Shown piece after piece: positions 9,042 to 16,212 of a stretch of DNA of 31,468 bases (position 1 is the stretch's first letter; every line of letters starts with the position of its first letter). Location of the stretch: positions 1-31,468 of the forward strand of contig JACQID010000003.1 in the NCBI GenBank assembly GCA_016198685.1, written 5' to 3'. The position numbers were made by a program, and so were the translations under genes. The stretch comes from Candidatus Aenigmatarchaeota archaeon (lineage in GTDB: Archaea; Aenigmatarchaeota; Aenigmatarchaeia; GW2011-AR5). The notes below the pieces were generated by a model. It made no database searches, was not told where the DNA came from, and was given only the letters and a program-made list of their open reading frames with translations.

Positions 9042-9926
9042 TTATTTTACAAGGGCCGCAAAATAGGCATCATTATAAGTTTCAACATATTGCTTATGCA
9101 TTTCCAATGCGTTGTCTACTGGCACAACTTGGAACGGGACTCGCAGCTTTGTTAATTCCTCCTTCATCCGGTCTGCATATTGACGATGAAGTTCTAAACC
9201 ATTCTCAATCACAGAGTCAACTGCCCGCATAGTTTCCCGATTCGTAAACAATAGTTTGCCTTCTTGTCCATAATACTCGGGTTGATAATCGGAATTCGTA
9301 ATGACTTGGGACAATTCAAGTACATAAAAGTGATTGTTTATGGATCTGCCGCCGTAATCTATTGAGCCTGTAGGCACATCGAGAATCACGGCTTCTGTAG
9401 GGTGTATGCGGGGAGCAAAAATTCCAAATCCTATGCCTTCTCCGCATAATGCTCTTTCCGGATACAAGAAATGCGGCAAATGTTGTATTTCTTCCTTAGG
9501 AACGGCCAAATTTATCATGCCGTAATAGGAATCTGGCGCAGGCGCTAAATATATTGGATGAATCTGAGCGTCATTTTGTGCGTGGATATAGTGGTTTTCG
9601 CTATTATTATTTCCCGGGACGATGCCTTGATCAAACATTTTTGCGATTTTTTGGGCATGCCGAGCAGGAGGATCCGCCATTACGGCAACAGTGTTTTGAG
9701 GTGCCTGCCCATTTCTATTACCGACCCCATGATAGAGATTTTGAGGAAGGGGATAATCAAAAGGAGGATCAAACCTCATAGTACCAAAGTTCATTTCAAG
9801 TGCCTTATCATGACGGGTAGCGTAGACCAAGTCTGCAAATGCGCGCGCATTTCGTTGTCTATAAGCTTTTTGTATCCCTTGAAACTGTTCATGCGATATA
9901 CATATACCGCTACTCTGTAATACCAT
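9042..9926 (-). CDS. Hypothetical protein, candidate ADP-ribosyltransferase/Tpt1-like fold
   Basis: 294-aa ORF with its own TTTAAA box (9952-9957); motifs LVYATRH, PLPQNLYHG, QGIVP, IYLA, IHPTEAV. Confidence 0.6.
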   Translation of the reverse strand: MVLQSSGICISHEQFQGIQKAYRQRNARAFADLVYATRHDKALEMNFGTMRFDPPFDYPLPQNLYHGVGNRNGQAPQNTVAVMADPPARHAQKIAKMFDQGIVPGNNNSENHYIHAQNDAQIHPIYLAPAPDSYYGMINLAVPKEEIQHLPHFLYPERALCGEGIGFGIFAPRIHPTEAVILDVPTGSIDYGGRSINNHFYVLELSQVITNSDYQPEYYGQEGKLLFTNRETMRAVDSVIENGLELHRQYADRMKEELTKLRVPFQVVPVDNALEMHKQYVETYNDAYFAALVK

Positions 9927-9974
9927 AGTAACTACTCAGAAATAACAAATATTTAAAGCATTAATTCCACAAGT

Positions 9975-10190
9975 CTCGGATCGGGAGCGGGGGGATCCCG
10001 TGTTCTAATGCGTTGAAGAGGAAAAAAGTAGGGAGCGAATCTGTCTTATCGCAGGGGTAACATTCACTTTGTTATCAATGTTTCAGGCAAAGCGATCTTT
10101 GTTTGCACACTGCCCAGAAAAGATGACTGAGCTTCCATCAGCTTCCCGAAGCCCGCCATCTTTTCATGATCGATGGCGGGATGATTTACA
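9975..10190 (+). ncRNA. Structured non-coding element resembling an IS200/IS605 TnpB right end (reRNA/omega-RNA-like), orphan
   Basis: No credible ORF; several stems; terminal GAAGC-CCGCCATC/GATGGCGG-GATGATTTAC hairpin (9-bp stem 10152-10160/10172-10180) resembles the GAAGCCCC...GGGGTAGTTCAC-type ends of TnpB elements. Confidence 0.45.
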
Positions 10191-10219
10191 AGGTTATATG
10201 CGGTAAATTCGGGTAATCT

Positions 10220-11650
10220 TCAGCCCTTCACATTGCCCATGGGCACGAGCTTCACGCCTTTAGTTGAGATGCCCGCCTTGTCCACGCTTTCAATGACTTC
10301 GTCTATGTCCTTGTAAGCGCCTCCTGCTTCTTCGGCAACGCCGGGCATGCTCGTTGAGCGGACATATATGCCGCGCTTCTCCATGTCCTTGAGAAGTTGC
10401 TCGCCTCTCCATAGGTGCTTGGCTCTTGCGCGGGACATCGTGCGGCCGGAACCATGGCACGTAGTTCCAAATGTTTCCTGCATCGCCCTGTCGGTTCCTT
10501 TGAGAAGATAAGACCCCGTTTCCATGGAGCCGCCAATTATTACAGGCTGGCCGAGTTTTCGGTATTTTTCAGGAACTTCGTCTCTGTTTGTGCCGAAGGC
10601 TCTTGTCGAGCCTTTCCTGTGAACCAATACCTTCCTCTTTTTTCCGTCAATGGTATGATCTTCTATCTTGGCTGTATTGTGAGCTACATCATAGACCTGA
10701 TGCATGCCAAGCTCTTCAGGGCTCTTCTTGAAAACTCCGGAAAATGCCTCTCTTATTCTGTGTAAAATAACCTGCCGGTTAGCAAATGACATATTTATGC
10801 CGCATTTCATTGCTGAAAAATAATCCTGGCCTTCCTTGCTCTGGAAGGGCGCGCAGGCAAGTTCCTGGTCAAGAACCTCAATGCCGTATTTCGGCATTAC
10901 TTCAAGGAATTTTTCAAGATAATCTGTCCCTATTTGATGCCCAAAACCGCGGCTTCCGCAGTGAAACATAATGACTATCTGATCTTTCTGTACTATCCCG
11001 CATGCTTTCGCAAATTCTTCATCGTGTATTTCTGAAGCGCGCTGGATTTCAAGATAATGATTTCCGCTTCCTAATGTACCAATTTGCGACAGCCCGCGTT
11101 TCATTGCTCTGTCGGAAACTTTGGAAGAATCGGATTCCATACGGCCGTCTTCTTCAGTCATCTTCAAATCTTCTTCCCAACCATATCCCTCTTTAACTGC
11201 CCAGCGTGCGCCTTCTTCAGTAACCTCCCGGAACTTTCCTTTATCAAGCTTGACAAACCCAGAAGAGCCTACGCCTGCGGGTACAAGCTTGAAGAGCGCT
11301 TCTACAAGCTCGCGTATCTTGGGCTTGACGTCTTTGACAGTAAGATTTGTAGTAACAAGTCTCATGCCGCAGTTTATGTCAAATCCTATGCCGCCCGGAG
11401 AAATTATGCCCTCCTTTAAATCAAAGGCGGCAACGCCGCCTATAGGAAAGCCATACCCGAAGTGACCGTCTGGCATGCACATTGCATGATTAATAATTCC
11501 CGGAAGCGTGGCCACGTTTGCTATTTGATTATAAACTCCTTCATCCATGGCATCAACAATTGTTTTGCTTCCATAGATTCTGGCAGGAACGCGCATTTTG
11601 CCCTGCTTTGGATATTCCCAGACAAAGTCCGAGATTTTATTGAGTTGCAT
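10220..11650 (-). CDS. rtcB: RtcB RNA-splicing/repair ligase
   Basis: PDGHFGYGFPIGG, GFDINCG, GTLGSGNHY, HCGSRG, HNTAK, HRKG, GGSM, HGSGR, EEAGGAYK. Confidence 0.97.
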   Translation of the reverse strand: MQLNKISDFVWEYPKQGKMRVPARIYGSKTIVDAMDEGVYNQIANVATLPGIINHAMCMPDGHFGYGFPIGGVAAFDLKEGIISPGGIGFDINCGMRLVTTNLTVKDVKPKIRELVEALFKLVPAGVGSSGFVKLDKGKFREVTEEGARWAVKEGYGWEEDLKMTEEDGRMESDSSKVSDRAMKRGLSQIGTLGSGNHYLEIQRASEIHDEEFAKACGIVQKDQIVIMFHCGSRGFGHQIGTDYLEKFLEVMPKYGIEVLDQELACAPFQSKEGQDYFSAMKCGINMSFANRQVILHRIREAFSGVFKKSPEELGMHQVYDVAHNTAKIEDHTIDGKKRKVLVHRKGSTRAFGTNRDEVPEKYRKLGQPVIIGGSMETGSYLLKGTDRAMQETFGTTCHGSGRTMSRARAKHLWRGEQLLKDMEKRGIYVRSTSMPGVAEEAGGAYKDIDEVIESVDKAGISTKGVKLVPMGNVKG

Positions 11651-11703
11651 CGTTACAATTTCAAATCAAACTTTAAAAGCAGAGGACATGGCGCCTTTTT
11701 CCA

Positions 11704-11886
11704 AATGAAGGCTCTTACTTCATTCATGGAAGGTGCATATCCTATCTTATTAGTGTCAGGGGAATATTTATAGTTCTCCAAGGAGACAAGCGAGTATTAC
11801 TTCCTTGGGAACTATATGTGAACCCAGTAAATCATATCCGGAATCTTTACGGGGTTAACTATAAGTGTTTGTTCCGATTTTCGGAA
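11704..11886. other. Cluster of four hairpins upstream of rtcB (possible structured RNA or regulatory leader)
   Basis: Stems at 11704-10/11718-24, 11769-84/11802-16, 11821-31/11846-56 and 11872-77/11881-86. Confidence 0.45.
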
Positions 11887-11890
11887 GCGC

Positions 11891-12325
11891 TTAATAGACT
11901 GGATAAAGAGAGTGTGTTTGAGCGTAGTTGGCCATGTCATCCGCCAAAGCGTGCGCGACGTTTTTCGGCATGCCTGCCGTTGGCAATGTTTCAATAATGG
12001 ACAGAAGTGACTGCGTGCATTGATAATATTGGGGGCTTATTTCACAAAGACGCTTGTAATAACCAACGCGCAAGATATGGCGCTCGTCTTGCATTCCGGG
12101 ATATCCGTATATTTCCAAGGTAATGCAGCTGGGTTTGGCGGAAGCGTCTGCAAGAGGTACATATATATCAGTACGAATGCCCCCTTCGGGAATTGGTTGG
12201 CTCTTGTAGCTTCCTCCCATATTTGTTATATTGTCTAAATATGCTTTCAGTTCAGAAGGGGTGATAACACCATCTGGAACTGCATGAGTACTAAGCTTTA
12301 GGAGTTTTTGGTGCCATTTGGGCAT
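11891..12325 (-). CDS. Hypothetical protein (144 aa)
   Basis: ORF track; fills the gap between the phosphoesterase gene and rtcB; no recognised motif. Confidence 0.65.
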   Translation of the reverse strand: MPKWHQKLLKLSTHAVPDGVITPSELKAYLDNITNMGGSYKSQPIPEGGIRTDIYVPLADASAKPSCITLEIYGYPGMQDERHILRVGYYKRLCEISPQYYQCTQSLLSIIETLPTAGMPKNVAHALADDMANYAQTHSLYPVY

Positions 12326-12357
12326 ATAGAATTATATATACAATTCTTTATATGATC

Positions 12358-12735
12358 TCAATCATTCTTTTTCCTGAAAAAAAGCCAGTTGCCGATTTCA
12401 AAGGCCTTTGGGCGGATGAGAACGTAGACGCCCTTCAGCTTCCTGCCGTCTATTTTCACAACTATTTTGCCGGGCTTCCATTCCTTTTCCTCGAACGTGC
12501 CGGAGTCCCATATCTTGACGGATCCCTTTCCGTAGCCTTCATTTATCTCGCCCTCAAAGCCAGCATATGCAAGCGCATGGTCCGTGGTCTCCACTGCCAG
12601 CCTCTTTACGGAAATATCATCGGACGGCTCCTTCGTCACGGCCCAACTCTTTAACACGCCGTTCTTCTCGAGGCGCAGGTCCCAGTGCAGCTTCGTTGCG
12701 GCATGTTCCTGGACGGCGTAAATTCTTGGCGCCAT
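12358..12735 (-). CDS. Stand-alone LigD 3'-phosphoesterase (PE) domain protein
   Basis: YAVQEHAATKLHWDLRLE..GVLKSWAV, KRLAV.T.DH...Y..FEG.I, GYGKG.V.IWD.G. Confidence 0.92.
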   Translation of the reverse strand: MAPRIYAVQEHAATKLHWDLRLEKNGVLKSWAVTKEPSDDISVKRLAVETTDHALAYAGFEGEINEGYGKGSVKIWDSGTFEEKEWKPGKIVVKIDGRKLKGVYVLIRPKAFEIGNWLFFRKKND

Positions 12736-12739
12736 GCAA

Positions 12740-12955
12740 TCAGCACTCTTCATACGGGCTTAGTTTCGGGGCGGCATCCCTGTAATACCTGTTCCATGCG
12801 GCCTCAAAATCGTCGAGCGCTCCGGTCTTGATTTTTATTATCTTTTTGCCGGATTTCTCCCTGACGCTTTCTATCGCATGCTCGTTTTCAGAAATTAGCT
12901 TATCGGCTGCCTCGCCTTCCGCTTCAAGAATTGTGAAATTGCCCTCCCTGTACAT
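12740..12955 (-). CDS. Small hypothetical protein (about 71 aa)
   Basis: Part of ORF 12740-13000; ATG 12955 lies about 27 nt downstream of a TTATATAT box; ATG 12982 is an alternative start. Confidence 0.6.
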   Translation of the reverse strand: MYREGNFTILEAEGEAADKLISENEHAIESVREKSGKKIIKIKTGALDDFEAAWNRYYRDAAPKLSPYEEC

Positions 12956-13012
12956 GATTTTCAGCGAGTCTTTTGTCGGCATATATAATATCCATCGCAA
13001 AGACAGAAATAG

Positions 13013-13099
13013 CTATGCTTTCCGGCGTTTCCTGTATACAGCGCGGTATTTCTTGCGTTTTTTTGATTCGAAATAATCCTGCCGTTCTTCTTGACCCAT
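13013..13099 (-). CDS. Possible 28-aa basic microprotein (MGQEERQDYFESKKRKKYRAVYRKRRKA)
   Basis: Translated by hand; fits the gap after rnhC; 11 of the last 16 residues are K/R; no clear SD. Confidence 0.35.
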   Translation of the reverse strand: MGQEERQDYFESKKRKKYRAVYRKRRKA

Positions 13100-13124
13100 T
13101 ATGACTATTGGCACATCTTCGCAT

Positions 13125-13760
13125 TTATTGCTTCAGGATATCTTTGGTTATCTTGAAATGCATTTTCGCAACGAGATGCAGAATATCCTCGCCGTGTTTT
13201 TTTATCAGTTCTCGTCCAGCTTCTTTTACGTGAGTTGAACCCTTCGGCAAGACAATGCCTACTTCCCTGCCTAAAAGCCTAAGCGTACGAAGGAATTCAT
13301 ATCTGGCCAATACCGATGCGGCGGCGACGGCCATATCGGCCTCGCCATTTATTTTTTGCACAACTGTCGCGGCGCGACCTTTTTCCATCAAGTATTCTTC
13401 AAGAATGCTTTCCTCAGCGAACTTATCTGTAATGACATGGCTACATTCTGTTTTTTCCAATACGTTCTCTATTGAACGTGCATGGCCCCATGCAAGAAGC
13501 CTGTTCAAGGATCCAAACTTTGGGTATATTTTGTTGTATTTCTCGGGCGAAATCATTACGGTTTCTGAGGGCAATTTTTTTATCTTAGGGCCCATTTCTT
13601 TGACCGCATAGTCGGAAAGTTTTTTTGAATCCTTTACTCCTATATCGCGAAGAACCTTCTCGCTTGCATCATCTACGCAAACTGCAGCAATAACCAGATA
13701 ACCGAAATAATCTCCTTTGCCGGCTTCGTCAACGCCTATCCTTTTCAAGGTCTCACGCAA
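13125..13760 (-). CDS. rnhC: Ribonuclease HIII, catalytic domain only
   Basis: IGVDEAGKGDYFG, KDSKKLSD, LNRLLAWGHAR.IEN, DKFA, VAAASVLAR, LPKG; starts directly at the catalytic domain. Confidence 0.85.
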   Translation of the reverse strand: MRETLKRIGVDEAGKGDYFGYLVIAAVCVDDASEKVLRDIGVKDSKKLSDYAVKEMGPKIKKLPSETVMISPEKYNKIYPKFGSLNRLLAWGHARSIENVLEKTECSHVITDKFAEESILEEYLMEKGRAATVVQKINGEADMAVAAASVLARYEFLRTLRLLGREVGIVLPKGSTHVKEAGRELIKKHGEDILHLVAKMHFKITKDILKQ

Positions 13761-13790
13761 TTATTTATACCGAGGGGCATAAATGTTAGT

Positions 13791-14078
13791 ATGCTTGAGA
13801 TGATTACCTTCTTCTTCAGTGGAAGAAGGGATATATATCATCTCAGGAAGGAATATGATAGGATCCGCGAACATGTAGACAAGGGCGAGGATGAGCAGAA
13901 AAGAGTTGCGCTTCTCCGAATGTTAGATCAGCTGGAGCCCAATATGGTGATGCTTGAGGAGCAGAATCTGAGCGGCGGAGATACAAGAAAGCTCAAGTTA
14001 TACGTTCGTTCATCCCTTCTGAGGATAAAGGGAGAAATGAAACACAGCGGGGCCCAGAGCGCCAAGACGGTCAGGTAA
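13791..14078 (+). CDS. Small helical hypothetical protein
   Basis: ORF track; TTTATAC box about 25 nt upstream. Confidence 0.7.
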   Translation: MLEMITFFFSGRRDIYHLRKEYDRIREHVDKGEDEQKRVALLRMLDQLEPNMVMLEEQNLSGGDTRKLKLYVRSSLLRIKGEMKHSGAQSAKTVR

Positions 14079-14080
14079 AT

Positions 14081-14197
14081 ATGATGAATCTTTCAATATC
14101 TAAGTGCCTGTCCTGCGGCAAGATAAGGCTCGTTGACAAGACACCTCAGGGCTTTGTGTGCTTTGCGTGCAAGCAGAAACAGAGCAAGACTCATTAA
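14081..14197 (+). CDS. 38-aa C4 zinc-finger microprotein (CLSCG...CFAC)
   Basis: Translated by hand: MMNLSISKCLSCGKIRLVDKTPQGFVCFACKQKQSKTH; starts 2 nt after the upstream stop; its stop overlaps the rad50 stop. Confidence 0.75.
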   Translation: MMNLSISKCLSCGKIRLVDKTPQGFVCFACKQKQSKTH

Positions 14198-16212
14198 GAC
14201 GTTTCTATGCGGGAAACATGGTTTTCCTTGTAAACCTTGACTGTGTTGTCTACAAATGTGTCTATTTTCTGCTCATGCGAAACCATGACTATCTGTTCCA
14301 AGTCAAGCTGGTTTATGACTTCCCGGACGCGATCCAGCTGCTCAGAGCTAAATCCTTCAGTAGGCTCGTCAAGCACAAGAAGTCCTTTGGTTCTGATGCT
14401 TTCTATCATCATGTTTATCACCTTGTTCAGGCTTAGCCTATATGCAAGAGCTATTGCGGTTCTTTCCCCGCCTGAAAGGTCTTCATACGGTGTCTCATGA
14501 CCGTTCTGCATTATAACAGGCGAGAAAGACTGGTCAATCCTGACAGTTAAAACTTCCTCGGGCATGAGAAGGGAGAACCAGTACCGGAATATGCTGCTGA
14601 ATTCTTTTTGAAGAGCATTCATGACCTTACGTTCTATCGCTTCGGTCATCCGGATGAGTACCGTATCCAGCCACGAGGATATTTCTTTCATTCTTGCAGA
14701 TTTGGATCTCATAAGCGTCATGGCTTCGCATTCTTTCTTGAGCGCATCAAGCTTCTCTGCCAGCATCAGAGCCTGCTGTTCTGCCTTTGAAAGCTCTGAG
14801 GAGAGTGAAAGCCGCAATGCATGAAGCTCCTTTATCCTTGCGCTGTGAGTTTTATAGTCCTCTTCATAATTGTGGCCGCTTTCTATCTTGGCGCGGGAAA
14901 ACGCTATGCTCCTTCCAAGTTCACTTATCTTTTCGTCCAACGCCGCAGCTTCGGCCAATCTTGATTGGGAGGTGTTACGGCGTTCTGATGCGCTCTCTTC
15001 GATAGAGGAGATTTTTTGGGCGAGCATTTCTTTCTTTCTGCATTTCTGTTTCTCTTCAGAAAGTTGCTTCTGCCCGGAATCAATGGGCACAATCTCATTG
15101 GCTATCTCCTCAAGACGTTTTTCTTTCTCTTTTATCTGGGAAATGAAATGTTCGGGATCGGCTTTTCTCAAGCAAAAAGGGCATGCCCCGCTTTTACTAA
15201 CGCCTGAAAGCTTCCTTATCTCTTCTTCTATTATGGCTTTTTTCGAGAGCAATATCATCCTTTTTTCTGCTATTTCCCCTTCTTGTTGCTCTATTTCCTC
15301 GGCTGCCAAGGACTGTGGGAGGGATTGCTTGAGTTTTTCCGCTTCCGCAAACGCCGCATCGGCTTTCTGCGCCGAAGCTTCAGCGTCTTTAATCATCGCC
15401 GCTTTCATCATTCCAAGTCTTGACGCCTCGGCTTCCATGGACACGGCTTTCTGCTTAAGGCTTATGATCTCGTTAGCCCACGACCTCATCTCTTCAAGCG
15501 CTTTCTCTTCTGCTTCGAGCTCTGTGGTCGCGGACTTCAGTTCCTGACGTTTCTTCTCTGCTCTTGTTGCCGCGTTTTCCATTTCTTCGGCGTTTCTTTC
15601 TGCTTCAAGAATCTTGTCTTCCAGGCTGCGGGAGGATTCTTCAAGAAGGCGGGATTCCGAATTCAAGTATCTCGTAAAGATGGAGGAATTATTCCTGATA
15701 TTTCCGTATTTTTCTATGCCGAATATTTTACGCAGAGTTGCCAGCCTTGCCTCAGGATCGGCCATTATGCCTTTCATCTGTTCTTGAGGAGTATAAACGG
15801 TATAACGGAATATAGGTATGTTCCTGCTTGCAGCTTCTTTGGGATAGCCGAAAAGATCTATGATCTTTGCTTTCAGTTGCGTTGCAGTATACTTGTATTC
15901 CTTTCCGTCGATGAATATAGAACATTCCTCTTGTCTTATTGCGCTTCCTTTTCGCATTGTCCGTACAACTGTAATTGAGGATCCGTCCAGCTCAAAAGCT
16001 AGCTCTACGCTCCCGCTGCTTTCACCATGCCGCAGAAGGCTCTGGGCGCTGCCTGCTTTCTGGACGCCGAATAAGGCATATTCCATCGCAAGAAGTATTG
16101 TTGATTTGCCCGCTCCAATATCTCCTGAGAGCAGTAAGGAGCCTTTGGGGAATGCTATCGTGCCGTCCTTATAGGAACGTATGTTCCTGAGCTTAAGACT
16201 CAAAAGCTTCAT
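14194..16212 (-). CDS. rad50: Rad50/SbcC SMC-like ATPase
   Basis: Walker A GDIGAGKST, Q-loop TPQEQM, zinc hook CPFC, signature LSGGE, Walker B LVLDEPT, H-loop VSHE. Confidence 0.93.
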   Translation of the reverse strand: MKLLSLKLRNIRSYKDGTIAFPKGSLLLSGDIGAGKSTILLAMEYALFGVQKAGSAQSLLRHGESSGSVELAFELDGSSITVVRTMRKGSAIRQEECSIFIDGKEYKYTATQLKAKIIDLFGYPKEAASRNIPIFRYTVYTPQEQMKGIMADPEARLATLRKIFGIEKYGNIRNNSSIFTRYLNSESRLLEESSRSLEDKILEAERNAEEMENAATRAEKKRQELKSATTELEAEEKALEEMRSWANEIISLKQKAVSMEAEASRLGMMKAAMIKDAEASAQKADAAFAEAEKLKQSLPQSLAAEEIEQQEGEIAEKRMILLSKKAIIEEEIRKLSGVSKSGACPFCLRKADPEHFISQIKEKEKRLEEIANEIVPIDSGQKQLSEEKQKCRKKEMLAQKISSIEESASERRNTSQSRLAEAAALDEKISELGRSIAFSRAKIESGHNYEEDYKTHSARIKELHALRLSLSSELSKAEQQALMLAEKLDALKKECEAMTLMRSKSARMKEISSWLDTVLIRMTEAIERKVMNALQKEFSSIFRYWFSLLMPEEVLTVRIDQSFSPVIMQNGHETPYEDLSGGERTAIALAYRLSLNKVINMMIESIRTKGLLVLDEPTEGFSSEQLDRVREVINQLDLEQIVMVSHEQKIDTFVDNTVKVYKENHVSRIETS

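Noticed and set aside
10060-10150. Hammerhead ribozyme on the - strand (CTGATGG ... GAAAC ... GTT)
   Set aside because: The core is CUGAUGG rather than CUGAUGA, and stems I and II cannot be formed next to the core.
10125-10165. Fluoride riboswitch or RNase P CR-I-like words on the - strand (GATGGC...GCTGATG; GCTGATGGAAGCTCAGTC)
   Set aside because: No P1 or pseudoknot complementarity for the riboswitch, and no CR-V partner for an RNase P P4 helix.
10220-11650. Intein in RtcB
   Set aside because: Length (476 aa) and motif spacing are normal; no insertion.
11769-11864. Mini-CRISPR or direct-repeat array based on the repeated AACTATA
   Set aside because: The repeat is only 7 nt with two copies; no cas genes; better explained as hairpin arms.
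12924-13124. 66-aa ORF-track entry starting right after the rnhC stop
   Set aside because: It overlaps the next gene and its likely TATA box and has no motif; the 28-aa frame fits the gap better, though neither is proven.
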